DNA of 64,000 bases from Candidatus Gottesmanbacteria bacterium (lineage in GTDB: Bacteria > Patescibacteriota > Microgenomatia > JAMCYU01). The position numbers were made by a program, and so were the translations under genes. Every line of letters starts with the position of its first letter. Position 1 is the stretch's first letter. Positions 1 through 9,805 of the stretch are shown piece by piece. The stretch spans positions 66,683-130,682 of the forward strand of contig JAZDMI010000021.1 of assembly GCA_043801155.1 (NCBI GenBank), written 5' to 3'. The notes under the pieces are model-generated. The model did no database searches. It was given only the letters and a program-made list of their open reading frames with translations, and had not been told where the DNA came from.

Positions 1-372
1 TGGGGTTTAACCAGAACGTTAATCAATAATGCTGTCTTGGGTGTTTCTCAAGGCTGGAATAAATCATTGGAATTATCAGGCGTTGGATATCGGGCGGCAG
101 TTGAGGGGAGCGATTTGGTTTTGACTGTTGGATTTTCTCATACCGTCAGAATTAAAGCTCCGCTAAATATTACTTTTACCGTTAACGAAAACAAAATTAC
201 GATTAATGGCAACGATAAACAATTAGTCGGGGAAACAGCAGCACAAATTCGCCGAATTCGACCGCCTGAACCATACAAAGGAAAGGGAATTAAGTATCCG
301 GACGAAAAAATTAGAAGAAAATTAGGCAAAGCGGCCAAGACGATTGGCGCTGCGCCGGGGGGTAAAGCATGA
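1..372 (+). CDS. rplF: 50S ribosomal protein L6 (5' partial, runs off the window start)
   Basis: Frame 1 is open from nt 1. Translation ...[21 protein letters not shown]...KGKGIKY is an L6 C-terminal half. Followed by L18 with a 4-nt overlap. Confidence 0.9.
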   Translation, partial: WGLTRTLINNAVLGVSQGWNKSLELSGVGYRAAVEGSDLVLTVGFSHTVRIKAPLNITFTVNENKITINGNDKQLVGETAAQIRRIRPPEPYKGKGIKYPDEKIRRKLGKAAKTIGAAPGGKA

Positions 373-656
373 CCCGATTAAGATTATCAGTTTATAAGTC
401 TAATAAACATATTTATAGTCAAATAATTGATGATAAAAAGGGAGAAACACTGGTTTCTTCAAGTGATTTAGGTGGTACTAACAAGTCAGATGGTTTGAAA
501 AAAACAGACAGAGCCAGAGAAATAGGAAAAAATTTAGCCAAGAAAGCCCTGGAGAAAAAAATTCATGAAGTAGTTTTTAATCGAGGTAAGTTTAGATACC
601 ACGGACGTGTTAAAGCCTTGGCTGACGGAGCCAGAGAAGGTGGTCTTAAGTTTTAA
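369..656 (+). CDS. rplR: 50S ribosomal protein L18
   Basis: 95 aa with ...HIYSQIIDD...[24 protein letters not shown]. Canonical L18 C-terminus. Position between L6 and S5. Confidence 0.9.
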   Translation: MTRLRLSVYKSNKHIYSQIIDDKKGETLVSSSDLGGTNKSDGLKKTDRAREIGKNLAKKALEKKIHEVVFNRGKFRYHGRVKALADGAREGGLKF

Positions 657-760
657 TTTATTTTGCACCTCAAGATCCCTTAATTACATTAAGGGTGCCA
701 GCCTTGCCGGCTAGGCAGGAATTGAGGTAAGAAAGAAGGTTCTGCTGAAAGCAGGTTCTT

Positions 761-1201
761 ATGATTAATGATGAATTTATTGAGCATGTAGTTCAGGTCA
801 ATCGAGTATCAAAAAAAACCAAGGGCGGAAATAAAATTGGTTTTTCTGTAGTTGTGGTTGTTGGTAATAAAAAAGGCAGGGTTGGTGTTGGTTTAGGTAA
901 AGCACCTGAAGTCTCAAGTGCTGTCCAAAAAGGAGTTAATTACGGTAAGAAACATATGATTGATGTTCCCATGCGTGGAACGACAATCCCCCATGAGATA
1001 AGAATTAAACAAGGCGCAGCCCAAGTGCTTTTAAAACCAGCCCCACCGGGAACCGGTGTTATCGCTGGCGGAGCAGTCCGCGCCGTCGTTGAAGCAGCCG
1101 GAATTAAAGATATAGTTTCTAAAGTTCTTGGCAGCAAAAATCAGGCATCTAATGTTTATGCCACATTAACTGCTTTAAAAAATTTAAGATCCTTAACATA
1201 A
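761..1201 (+). CDS. rpsE: 30S ribosomal protein S5
   Basis: [30 protein letters not shown]... S5 dsRBD plus C-terminal domain. Operon position. Confidence 0.92.
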   Translation: MINDEFIEHVVQVNRVSKKTKGGNKIGFSVVVVVGNKKGRVGVGLGKAPEVSSAVQKGVNYGKKHMIDVPMRGTTIPHEIRIKQGAAQVLLKPAPPGTGVIAGGAVRAVVEAAGIKDIVSKVLGSKNQASNVYATLTALKNLRSLT

Positions 1202-1220
1202 TAAATTTGAGGTAAAAATT

Positions 1221-1685
1221 ATGGAAAATCAAGGTACTTTTTCACTTAATAAATTACAGAAAATAACTGAAAAATCAAAGAAACGACTTGGTCGCGGACA
1301 CGGCAGTGGCCGTGTTAAAACATCCGGTCGGGGAACTAAGGGCCAAAAGGCTCGCGGATCGATCAAATTAAGTTTTGAGGGTGGACAATTACCCTTAATC
1401 AAAAGATTACCGCTCCGGCGCGGTAAAAATAGAAACAAGTCGCTGAAAAGTGATCCGATGATTGTCAATGTTAAATATTTGAATTTACTTCCAGCCAATA
1501 CCCAAGTAGACATAAATACTTTAATAAAAGCCAAAATAATTAAGGAAGATGATGCAGCAAATTTTGGTGTAAAAATCTTAGGCGATGGTGATTTGAAAAT
1601 TCCTTTAATTATTACTTTACCATGTTCCGGCGGAGCTAAGGCAAAAATTGAGAAAGCCGGAGGTAAAGTTATCGTAGCAGAATGA
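1221..1685 (+). CDS. rplO: 50S ribosomal protein L15
   Basis: [23 protein letters not shown] motif. Sits 20 nt after S5 with no L30 gene in between. Confidence 0.92.
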   Translation: MENQGTFSLNKLQKITEKSKKRLGRGHGSGRVKTSGRGTKGQKARGSIKLSFEGGQLPLIKRLPLRRGKNRNKSLKSDPMIVNVKYLNLLPANTQVDINTLIKAKIIKEDDAANFGVKILGDGDLKIPLIITLPCSGGAKAKIEKAGGKVIVAE

Positions 1686-2971
1686 ACAAAATTTTAAGTC
1701 CGCTCATTAATGCTTTCAAAATTCCCGATCTGCGTCGTAAGATTATTTTTACCATCGGTATCTTTGTTGTTTTCCGAATTTTTGCTCACGTGCCTATTCC
1801 CGGAGTCGACCTGGTAGCATTGCGCCGGCTTTTTACTAGTAATCAGCTTTTAGGACTTCTGGATATTTTCTCCGGAGGGACACTGGCAAATTTTTCGGTT
1901 ATGGCACTTGGTCTTAATCCCTATATTAATGCTTCAATTATTTTACAGCTGTTAACGATTGTTTTTCCCAAACTTGAAGAATTGCAAAAGGAGGGAGAAT
2001 ATGGTCGGCAAAAAATAAACCAATACACTCGTTTTATTACTGTTCCCCTGGCTTTACTTCAAGCATTTGGGATGTATGCTCTTCTTAGAAATCAAGGAAT
2101 TATACGTAACCTTTCTCCCGAATTACTTATTGGTTTAGTGATCACCATGACAGCCGGAACTGTACTGCTGATGTGGTTAGGAGAATTAATATCCGAGAAT
2201 GGTATTGGTAATGGTATTTCTATGCTTATTTTCGCCGGGATTGTCGGTCGCTTTCCGGTACTTATTGGTCAGACTCTTTCGGTTGCCACGGCGGAAAATA
2301 TTACTAATTTAATTATTTTTGCAGTATTGGGAATAATTGTTGTGGCCGGGATTGTTGTGGTTAACGAAGGCACAAGACAGGTGAGTGTTGCCTATGCAAA
2401 AAGAATTCGCGGCGGTAAAATGTATGGTGGAGGTTCTACTCATCTGCCGCTAAGAGTTAATCAAGCAGGAGTCATTCCTATTATTTTTGCTGTTTCATTG
2501 ATTCTTTTACCATCAATGTTCGGAGGATTTTTAGAGCAAGCACCCAATCCATTAATTGCCAATATTGCTCATGTGGTGGTAAAACTATTTGATCCATCGG
2601 GGATTGTTTATAATCTAACTTATTTTCTCTTAGTCATTGGATTTACTTATTTTTATACTGCGGTGACATTTAATCCGCAAAAAATTGCCTCAGAAATACA
2701 AAAATATGGTGGATTTATTCCGGGAATACGTCCCGGTACACCCACAGCCAATTATCTGAACTATATCTTAACCAGAATAACATTGGCCGGAGCCATCTTT
2801 CTTGGTCTGATTGCCATTCTACCTTCTTTGGCTCGAGGTACCACCGGAATAACGACTTTAATGTTGGGGGGTACTGGGATTTTGATTGTCGTATCAGTTG
2901 TTTTAGAAACGACCAAACAATTAGAATCAATGTTAGTCATGAGGAGTTACGAAGGATTCTTAAAGGAGTGA
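1682..2971 (+). CDS. secY: preprotein translocase subunit SecY
   Basis: 429 aa with 10 TM helices. Conserved SecY motifs ([27 protein letters not shown]). ATGA overlap with rplO. Confidence 0.95.
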   Translation: MNKILSPLINAFKIPDLRRKIIFTIGIFVVFRIFAHVPIPGVDLVALRRLFTSNQLLGLLDIFSGGTLANFSVMALGLNPYINASIILQLLTIVFPKLEELQKEGEYGRQKINQYTRFITVPLALLQAFGMYALLRNQGIIRNLSPELLIGLVITMTAGTVLLMWLGELISENGIGNGISMLIFAGIVGRFPVLIGQTLSVATAENITNLIIFAVLGIIVVAGIVVVNEGTRQVSVAYAKRIRGGKMYGGGSTHLPLRVNQAGVIPIIFAVSLILLPSMFGGFLEQAPNPLIANIAHVVVKLFDPSGIVYNLTYFLLVIGFTYFYTAVTFNPQKIASEIQKYGGFIPGIRPGTPTANYLNYILTRITLAGAIFLGLIAILPSLARGTTGITTLMLGGTGILIVVSVVLETTKQLESMLVMRSYEGFLKE

Positions 2972-3000
2972 TTACTAATTTGTCTAATTAGGAGGTATAT

Positions 3001-3579
3001 ATGCATATTATTTTTTATGGTCCAGAAGGTTCGGGTAAGGGAACACAGGCTAAACTTTTAGCCGATAAGTTTAAAATACCGGTTTTAACTTCAGGTGATT
3101 TGGTCAGGGATGCGGCGGTACACGACCCCGGTTTAATCGGAGATGTTTGTCGTCGGGCTTTGCATGAAGGTAAATATGTAGCCGATAGTGAAATGTTTGT
3201 TCTTTGGAAAAGCAGGTTAAAGAAAGACGATATGAAAAAGGATTGGATTATGGACGGTTTCCCTAGAAATCTTAATCAGGCAAAATTCTTATTTAATAAA
3301 GTCGGTAAATATGGATATAAAGTAGAAAAGGTTTTTTATTTAGTAATTTCAAAAGAAGAATCAAAAAGAAGACTAATTAAAAGAGGCAGAAGAATTCACG
3401 AGGGCAACAACGAACTTCATGATTCACCAGAACGGATACAACAAAGATTGGACATGTATTATAAGGGAGAAAAGGATATCTTAGCATTTTTTGAAAAAAA
3501 AGAAATTCTTGAAAAAATTAATGGTGAACAATCAATTGACGAAATACATAAGGAGATATTAAAAAGAATTACTGGCTGA
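3001..3579 (+). CDS. adk: adenylate kinase (short form, no zinc lid)
   Basis: P-loop GPEGSGKGTQA, NMP-binding GDLVR, DGFPRN. Canonical position after secY. Confidence 0.85.
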   Translation: MHIIFYGPEGSGKGTQAKLLADKFKIPVLTSGDLVRDAAVHDPGLIGDVCRRALHEGKYVADSEMFVLWKSRLKKDDMKKDWIMDGFPRNLNQAKFLFNKVGKYGYKVEKVFYLVISKEESKRRLIKRGRRIHEGNNELHDSPERIQQRLDMYYKGEKDILAFFEKKEILEKINGEQSIDEIHKEILKRITG

Positions 3580-3587
3580 ACCAATTC

Positions 3588-4145
3588 ATGAAACGTTTAA
3601 TTATCGGTACTGTAGGATTGCCTGGTTCCGGTAAAACAACAATTGCAAATTATCTGTCTAAACAAAGATTTATTGTTGTAAGACTTTCTGGGTTTCTTGA
3701 AGCAGAAGCAAAGAAAAAATACGGGCGAATTAATCGACTGACTCTTCAAGATATTGGTAATGAATTCAGGAAAAAATATGGCCCGTCAGTACTAGCTGAA
3801 TTGGCAATAAAGCAAGTTAAAAATAAAAATAGGGTTGTTATTGACGGTATCAGAAATGTCGCCGAAATAAAATTCTTAAAACAGCAGGGTAGTTTTTATC
3901 TGGTGGGGATAAACGCTGATCCGCAGATACGATACCAACGTTTATTAAAAATTAAAGCCAAAGCATTACCCAAATGGGAAGAATTCTTAAGGCTTGATGC
4001 CAGAGATAACGGTCGGGGTCAATCATCATCCGGTTTACAAGTTAATAAATGTTTGGCAAAAGCAGATACGGTTATTGTCCATAACAGTCAGGATCCGCAA
4101 GAACTATACGAAAAATTGGATAAACTTTTAAAAAATATTTTTTAA
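3588..4145 (+). CDS. P-loop nucleoside/nucleotide kinase-like protein (archaeal cytidylate/dNMP-kinase-like), specificity unknown
   Basis: Walker A GLPGSGKTT. No NMP-kinase DGFPR motif. 185 aa. Inserted between two adk paralogs. Confidence 0.55.
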   Translation: MKRLIIGTVGLPGSGKTTIANYLSKQRFIVVRLSGFLEAEAKKKYGRINRLTLQDIGNEFRKKYGPSVLAELAIKQVKNKNRVVIDGIRNVAEIKFLKQQGSFYLVGINADPQIRYQRLLKIKAKALPKWEEFLRLDARDNGRGQSSSGLQVNKCLAKADTVIVHNSQDPQELYEKLDKLLKNIF

Positions 4146-4147
4146 TA

Positions 4148-4726
4148 ATGAATATTATTTTTCTAGGTCCGCCCGGAGCCGGTAAAGGCACGCAGGGAGA
4201 ATTATTGGCCAGGGATTTAAGCCTGCCCAGGTTATCCACCGGGGCGATACTAAGGCGTGTCTGGAGAGAAGGCGGAGAAACTAGTAAAGAAATCGGTAAA
4301 TATATTCTTAAAGGGATAAATGTCCCGGCTAAACTTTTATTTAAAGTCTTGGAACCGTGGTTTTTGGAACATCACCAAGGATTTATTGCTGATAATTTTC
4401 CCAGGAGTATTGATCAACTGGAAGAATTTAAAAAATTTTTAAAAAGGACAAATTTAAAAATTGATAAAGCTTTTCTTCTGGAGATTTCAAAAGAGGAATC
4501 ATTTAAAAGAATAGATAAACGTTTTGCGGAAAGAAAAAAAACCGGAAATACCAGACCCGACGAGCGACCAGATATCGTAGAAAGAAAACTTAGAGAAGGT
4601 TACCAAAAAGACATAAAACCAATACTTGATTTTTTTAATTTATTAGGGATCCTGGTAGTAATTAATGGTGAACAGTCGATTGAAAAAGTCCATCAGGATA
4701 TTTTAAATAATATAAAATTAAAATGA
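4148..4726 (+). CDS. adk: adenylate kinase paralog (second copy)
   Basis: GPPGAGKGTQ, STGAILRR, DNFPRS. C-terminal INGEQSIEKV parallels the first copy's INGEQSIDEI. Confidence 0.8.
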   Translation: MNIIFLGPPGAGKGTQGELLARDLSLPRLSTGAILRRVWREGGETSKEIGKYILKGINVPAKLLFKVLEPWFLEHHQGFIADNFPRSIDQLEEFKKFLKRTNLKIDKAFLLEISKEESFKRIDKRFAERKKTGNTRPDERPDIVERKLREGYQKDIKPILDFFNLLGILVVINGEQSIEKVHQDILNNIKLK

Positions 4727-5505
4727 TTATCCTTAAAACAAAAGACGAGATTGAGATAATGAGAGAGGGTGGCCAGATCTTGGCTGATATAATGGAAAAA
4801 ATAAAAAAAGAAGTTAGGCCGGGGGTTACTACCCTTGAACTGGATTCTTTGGCGGATAAGCTGATAAGCGAAAAGGGTGAACCATCATTTAAGCATGTTC
4901 GTGGTTACCAATGGGCAACCTGTATGTGTGTTAATGATGTTGTTGTTCATGGAATTCCAAATAATTATAAATTAAAAGAAGGTGACATTTTAGGAATAGA
5001 TATTGGGATGATATATAAAGGATTTAATTCCGATATGTCTTGGACTATGGAAATTCAGAATTCAGAATTCAGAATTCAGAATAACAAGAATAATGAAATT
5101 GATAAGTTTTTGAATACTGGAAAGATAGCTTTAGAAAGAGCAATTAAACAAGCAAAGGTTGGTAATCATATAGGTCATATTTCTAAAGCAATTCAAGATA
5201 CGATCGAGTCAGCCGGTTATGCACCGGTTAAAACACTAGTCGGTCATGGTATCGGTAAGAATTTACACGAAGAACCACAAATTCCTGGTTTTTTAAAAGG
5301 TAATATTAATGATACACCAAAATTAAACGAAGGGATGACGATTGCCATAGAAGTGATTTATAATCAAGGAAGTCCGGAAGTAATATATGGTAACGATGAC
5401 GGCTGGACAATTAAAACTATTAATAATAAACTATCTGGTTTATTTGAACAAACAATAGCCATTTTATCATCAGGTCCAGAAGTTCTAACTGTTGCGACAA
5501 ACTAA
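4723..5505 (+). CDS. map: methionine aminopeptidase type I
   Basis: MetAP pita-bread fold motifs (GDILGIDIG, HGIGKNLHEEPQIP). ATGA overlap with the adk paralog. Carries an insertion relative to the E. coli MetAP sequence, as recalled from memory. Confidence 0.9.
   Translation: MIILKTKDEIEIMREGGQILADIMEKIKKEVRPGVTTLELDSLADKLISEKGEPSFKHVRGYQWATCMCVNDVVVHGIPNNYKLKEGDILGIDIGMIYKGFNSDMSWTMEIQNSEFRIQNNKNNEIDKFLNTGKIALERAIKQAKVGNHIGHISKAIQDTIESAGYAPVKTLVGHGIGKNLHEEPQIPGFLKGNINDTPKLNEGMTIAIEVIYNQGSPEVIYGNDDGWTIKTINNKLSGLFEQTIAILSSGPEVLTVATN
5052..5079 (+). repeat. heptanucleotide tandem repeat (AATTCAG) x4 inside map coding sequence
   Basis: aattcag aattcag aattcag aattcag aat read directly. Encodes EIQNSEFRIQN. 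Confidence 0.9.
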
Positions 5506-5592
5506 TTTATTAATAATGAATTTGATAAAAGTTGACCTAGCCTTGATAATTTAGTAAAATAGCCTATCCCTTAAAAATAGGGTATATATTTT

Positions 5593-5811
5593 ATGGTCAA
5601 TCAGGGAAAAATTGAAGTTGAAGGAGAAGTAACCGAAACTTTGCCAAATACCTTATTTAGGGTAAAACTGGCTGATGAAAGAATAATTTTGTGTTATCTC
5701 TCCGGGAAGATGAGAATTAATTATATAAGGATTATGCCGGGAGATAGGGTAAAGATTGAAATGACACCTTATGATCCGGATCGGGGACGAATCGTTTATC
5801 GATTCAAGTAA
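5593..5811 (+). CDS. infA: translation initiation factor IF-1
   Basis: 72 aa S1-like fold with [10 protein letters not shown]...GKMR...I..GDRV. Confidence 0.95.
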   Translation: MVNQGKIEVEGEVTETLPNTLFRVKLADERIILCYLSGKMRINYIRIMPGDRVKIEMTPYDPDRGRIVYRFK

Positions 5812-5823
5812 CTTAGGAGATTT

Positions 5824-5937
5824 ATGCAAGTTGCTGCGTCAATTAAAAAAAGATGTAATAAATGCCGGATTGTCAGGCGCAAGGGACGCCTATATATTAC
5901 GTGCGACAATCCCAAGCACAAACAAAGACAAGGATAA
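5824..5937 (+). CDS. rpmJ: 50S ribosomal protein L36
   Basis: Hand-translated 37 aa [37 protein letters not shown] with a C..C..C..H zinc ribbon. Not in the ORF track because shorter than its cutoff. Confidence 0.9.
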   Translation: MQVAASIKKRCNKCRIVRRKGRLYITCDNPKHKQRQG

Positions 5938-5945
5938 AACAATAT

Positions 5946-6389
5946 ATGGTACGTATTGCAGGAATAGATTTACCGGAGAAAAAAAGAATCGATTATGCCT
6001 TGACTAGAATCTATGGTATAGGCTGGTCAAATGTTAAATCGATTTTGGTTTCGGCAAAAATTGATGCGGCCAAAAGAACAGACGAATTAACAGAAGAAGA
6101 GAATAGCAGACTACAGAAAGTAATCGATACAGTTAAAGTAGAAGGAGATTTACGTCGAGAAGTTCAGGAGAATATTAAAAGACTAAAAGATATCGGAGCC
6201 TATCGAGGTATACGTCATAGCCGTAATTTACCTTCAAGAGGGCAAAGAACCAGAAGTAATGCTCGGACAAAACGAGGAAAGAGAGTAACCATCGGCGCCA
6301 TTAAGAAAGAAATGGCCAGTAAAATCGGCGGAGCCGTCGGAGCCGCACCAGCACCAGTAGAAACCAAGGAAAAAACGGGAGGCAAGTAA
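5946..6389 (+). CDS. rpsM: 30S ribosomal protein S13
   Basis: [10 protein letters not shown]...YRGIRH..NLP.RGQRT. The ORF-track start at 5862 is an upstream extension. ATG at 5946 matches the S13 N-terminus. Confidence 0.92.
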   Translation: MVRIAGIDLPEKKRIDYALTRIYGIGWSNVKSILVSAKIDAAKRTDELTEEENSRLQKVIDTVKVEGDLRREVQENIKRLKDIGAYRGIRHSRNLPSRGQRTRSNARTKRGKRVTIGAIKKEMASKIGGAVGAAPAPVETKEKTGGK

Positions 6390-6393
6390 GTAT

Positions 6394-6477
6394 ATGGCAA
6401 TTAAGAAAATAATTATAACTTTTTTCTTACCTCAATTCACCTTTGATGTAATCAAAGGATCTTGGGGGGCGAAATAA
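6394..6477 (+). other. 27-codon upstream ORF (MAIKKIIITFFLPQFTFDVIKGSWGAK) ending 3 nt before the rpsK ATG
   Basis: The first five residues MAIKK are identical to the S11 N-terminus but use different synonymous codons. SD GGGAGG sits 12 nt upstream. Contains hairpin cctttgatgtaatcaaagg. Confidence 0.3.
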
Positions 6478-6480
6478 TAT

Positions 6481-6852
6481 ATGGCTATTAAAAAGTTTAA
6501 ACAAGTTGGTAGCAAAGGAAGAGTTTATGTCACGGCTACCTTTAATAATACGTTAGTTACGATTACTGATGAAATGGGAAATACTATATGTTGGGGCTCA
6601 TCGGGAGCATCGGGTTTTAAAGGAGCTAGAAAATCAACACCTTTTGCTGCCACTACGACAGTTGAAAATGTTGCCAGAAAAGCCCAAAATTCCGGACTTA
6701 GAGAAGTAGAAGTTTTTATTAAAGGTCCCGGCGCCGGAAGAGATGCAGCGTTACGGGCTTTAAAATCAGTTGGCTTAGGAATCAGCATGATTGCTGATGT
6801 TACACCGATGCCACACAATGGAGTAAGACCAAAGAAAAAGAGGAGAGTTTAA
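6481..6852 (+). CDS. rpsK: 30S ribosomal protein S11
   Basis: [23 protein letters not shown]...[13 protein letters not shown]. Confidence 0.95.
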   Translation: MAIKKFKQVGSKGRVYVTATFNNTLVTITDEMGNTICWGSSGASGFKGARKSTPFAATTTVENVARKAQNSGLREVEVFIKGPGAGRDAALRALKSVGLGISMIADVTPMPHNGVRPKKKRRV

Positions 6853-6859
6853 AATTATT

Positions 6860-7480
6860 ATGGCCAAATATAACGGACCAAAAAACAAATTAGCCAGACG
6901 TGAAGGAATTGATCTAGGACTTAAAACACCTGGGTCACATGCCCATGCTTCACTTTTACGTAAGTTAAATATTCTGCCGGGAATGCATGGTCAAAAAAGA
7001 AAGAGAAAACCGTCAGAATTTTCTATACAACTTCGCGAAAAACAAAAAGCCCGACGGATTTATGGAGTTCTTGAAAGACAGTTCCGTCGTTATTTTAATT
7101 CTGCATTAAAGAAAAAGGGAACGACCGGAGAAGCTCTTCTACAGACGTTAGAGACGAGGTTAGATAATATCGTTTATCGTTTAGCCTTAGTGCCAACACG
7201 AGCAGCCGCCCGGCAATTAGTATCGCATGGTCATGTATCAGTCAATGGTCAAAAGGTAAATATCCCATCATATATCGTTAGAATAAATGATGTAATAAAT
7301 ATATCTGATAAAGCTAGTAAAATCCCGGCGATAGCTAAAATGCTTGAGGATAAAAATCCTCATCTTCCGGTTTGGCTGGAAAGAAAAGGTCCTGCTGGCA
7401 AGATTATAAAAATTCCTACCAGAAGTGAGATTGAAACTGATATTAATGAACAATTAATTGTCGAGTACTACTCGCGATAA
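6860..7480 (+). CDS. rpsD: 30S ribosomal protein S4
   Basis: MAKYNGPKNKLARREG... with a C-terminal S4 RNA-binding domain. Confidence 0.95.
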   Translation: MAKYNGPKNKLARREGIDLGLKTPGSHAHASLLRKLNILPGMHGQKRKRKPSEFSIQLREKQKARRIYGVLERQFRRYFNSALKKKGTTGEALLQTLETRLDNIVYRLALVPTRAAARQLVSHGHVSVNGQKVNIPSYIVRINDVINISDKASKIPAIAKMLEDKNPHLPVWLERKGPAGKIIKIPTRSEIETDINEQLIVEYYSR

Positions 7481-7502
7481 ATTTTATATAAAGGAGTTTT
7501 AT

Positions 7503-8420
7503 ATGTTTGAACCAAATTTTAAAGTTAAAATAGAAACAGAGAAAGAGGATTATGGAAAGTTTGTGATTGAACCTTTAGACTCTGGTTTTGGACAAACCCT
7601 GGGTAATGCTTTACGCCGGGTATTATTGACTTCTCTTCCTGGGGCTGCGGTAACGACTATTAAGATTGAAGGGGTTAAACATCAATTTTCAACAATTCCA
7701 GGTCTAAATGAAGATATAGTTGAATTTATTCTAAACGTAAAAAAAATCCGCTTTAAATTAGCTAAAGAAGAATTAGCTAAGGTTACCCTTTCAGTACGGG
7801 GACCAGGAAAAATTACTGCCGGAGATCTAAAGGTATCCGGAGGTATTGAGGTTGTTAATAAGGATCTTTATTTAGGAACCCTAGCAGATAGCAAAAGCAA
7901 AGTTGAAGCAGAAATGACGGTTGAACCAGGTTATGGTTTCTTACCGACAGAAGAACATAAAGATAGCGGTACGGGAATTATTCCTTTAGATGCTGTATTT
8001 TCTCCGATTCTGCGAGTTAATTATAAAGTTGAAGCTACTCGTGTCGGTCGGATGACTGATCTTGACAGACTTATATTAGAACTCTGGACCGATGGCACAA
8101 TTGAACCATTGGTAGCCGTCAGATATGCAGCTAAAACCCTGGTTTCATATTTCTTACAGATATATGAACCAAAAGCAATGCCAACTGAAGGAGTAGCCGT
8201 AACACCAGCCATTTCTGATGAGATTCTCAAGATGACAATTGAAGAACTCGACCTGCCAACCAGAATTACGAATGCATTACGGAATGGCGGAATTGATACC
8301 GTTGGTCAATTATTGGGAACTCCCAAAAAAGACTTAATGAAAATTAAGAATTTGGGTGCTAAGTCAATTAGTATTGTCGAAGAAAAGCTAAGAGACAAAG
8401 GGGTTGCCCTGTCTGTTTAA
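7503..8420 (+). CDS. rpoA: DNA-directed RNA polymerase alpha subunit
   Basis: N-terminal dimerisation domain plus C-terminal aCTD (helix-hairpin-helix LPTRITNALRNGGIDTVGQL). ATG at 7503 chosen, in frame within the ORF starting 7458. Confidence 0.9.
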   Translation: MFEPNFKVKIETEKEDYGKFVIEPLDSGFGQTLGNALRRVLLTSLPGAAVTTIKIEGVKHQFSTIPGLNEDIVEFILNVKKIRFKLAKEELAKVTLSVRGPGKITAGDLKVSGGIEVVNKDLYLGTLADSKSKVEAEMTVEPGYGFLPTEEHKDSGTGIIPLDAVFSPILRVNYKVEATRVGRMTDLDRLILELWTDGTIEPLVAVRYAAKTLVSYFLQIYEPKAMPTEGVAVTPAISDEILKMTIEELDLPTRITNALRNGGIDTVGQLLGTPKKDLMKIKNLGAKSISIVEEKLRDKGVALSV

Positions 8421-8422
8421 AT

Positions 8423-8860
8423 ATGAAAAATAATAAAGATTGGTTATTATGGCGTAATTTAATCTATTCTTTAATTCTCTTTGGTAAAATTAAAACGACC
8501 AAACACAGAGCTAAGGCGATTGTCGGATTAATTGATCGGTTAGTCAATAAAATGAAAAAGGGGACAGTCGCATCTAAAAGAGATGTCCTAAAATTTCTAC
8601 CCGAGAGAGTTGCCTTTGATAAATTGTCAAAGGAAATTGTACCAATGCTAGGAGACCGTAATAGCGGCTATACCAGAGTAATTAATATCGGTAAAAGAAA
8701 GGGAGATAATACTAGTATTGTACTTTTGGAATGGGTAAAAAGTGAAACGCCAAAGTTAGCAAATGAGACAAATAAAACCAATAAGGAGAAACCCGCCTCC
8801 GTCCCGACACAATCGGGACTTCAGCGGGATAAGCATGTTAAAACCGACAAAAATAAGTGA
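8423..8860 (+). CDS. rplQ: 50S ribosomal protein L17 (with a lysine-rich C-terminal extension)
   Basis: GKIKTTKHRAKAIVGLIDRLV, YTRVINIGKRKGDN. Position after rpoA. Confidence 0.85.
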   Translation: MKNNKDWLLWRNLIYSLILFGKIKTTKHRAKAIVGLIDRLVNKMKKGTVASKRDVLKFLPERVAFDKLSKEIVPMLGDRNSGYTRVINIGKRKGDNTSIVLLEWVKSETPKLANETNKTNKEKPASVPTQSGLQRDKHVKTDKNK

Positions 8861-9269
8861 TATTAAAAGGAATTGGTATCTTATTGATGCCAAAGATCAA
8901 ATCTTAGGCAGATTAACGACTCAAGTCGTTACTGATTTAATGGGTAAAAATAAGCCTTATTTTGTCCGTCATTTAGATTGTGGCGATTATGTAGTGGTAA
9001 CCAACGCCAAGGATATCAGGGTAACCGGGAAAAAAGAAACACAAAAAAAATATTATCGATATTCCGGCTATCCGGGAGGATTGTATACCCGAACTTTAGC
9101 TGAACAAAGGATTAAAGATCCAACGAAAATTATTTATGAAGCCGTTAAAGGAATGTTGCCGCAGAATAAATTAAGAGATAGAATGTTAACCAGACTATTT
9201 GTATTTGCCGACGATAAACATCCATATCAAGATAAATTTAACGCGATCAACTCTGCTAAAGTAGAGTAA
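8835..9269 (+). CDS. rplM: 50S ribosomal protein L13
   Basis: MLKPTKISDIKRNWYLIDAKDQILGRLTTQV. Start taken at the internal ATG 8835. Overlaps the L17 tail by 26 nt in another frame. Confidence 0.85.
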   Translation: MLKPTKISDIKRNWYLIDAKDQILGRLTTQVVTDLMGKNKPYFVRHLDCGDYVVVTNAKDIRVTGKKETQKKYYRYSGYPGGLYTRTLAEQRIKDPTKIIYEAVKGMLPQNKLRDRMLTRLFVFADDKHPYQDKFNAINSAKVE

Positions 9270-9317
9270 TGATCGCTACTTCTGCTTCGCAGAATAAAAA
9301 TAAATTAATGTAAATAT

Positions 9318-9773
9318 ATGCCTAGACAAAAAAAATCAGCAACAGAAAAATCAGAAATTATAAAAACGCCTGAAAGTAAGGAATACTATCAGGCTATTGG
9401 TCGTCGTAAGGAATCAACCGCACGAGTTAGACTTTATGTTAACGGTAACGGAGAAATAGTTGTTAATAATCGTCCGATTGATAAGTATTTTCCCGGTGAA
9501 TTTGCCAAATTAGCCTATCTAGAGCCTTTAAAATTAACCGACAGTCTCGATCGTTTTAGAATAACGGTTAAAGTAGAAGGCGGAGGTTTATCCGGACAAT
9601 TGGGAGCGGTAGTTCATGGTATCGCCAGAACCTTGGATAAAATTAACCGAGACCAATATCATCTAGCTTTAAAAAAAGCTAATCTTCTGACTCGGGATCC
9701 CAGAGCCAAAGAACGCCGCAAAGCCGGTTTTGCCCACAAAGCCAGAGCGAGAAAACAATCTCCCAAGAGGTAA
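9318..9773 (+). CDS. rpsI: 30S ribosomal protein S9
   Basis: GRRKESTARVRL..., C-terminal ...RDPRAKERRKAGFAHKARARKQSPKR. Confidence 0.92.
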   Translation: MPRQKKSATEKSEIIKTPESKEYYQAIGRRKESTARVRLYVNGNGEIVVNNRPIDKYFPGEFAKLAYLEPLKLTDSLDRFRITVKVEGGGLSGQLGAVVHGIARTLDKINRDQYHLALKKANLLTRDPRAKERRKAGFAHKARARKQSPKR

Positions 9774-9805
9774 TTAGTCAAATTCGTCTAATAAGATTTT
9801 TTAAT

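Noticed and set aside
5771-6007. 78-aa ORF in the ORF track spanning the infA end, rpmJ and the rpsM start
   Set aside because: Its frame is different from rpmJ (5824-5937) and rpsM, whose translations are canonical L36 and S13.
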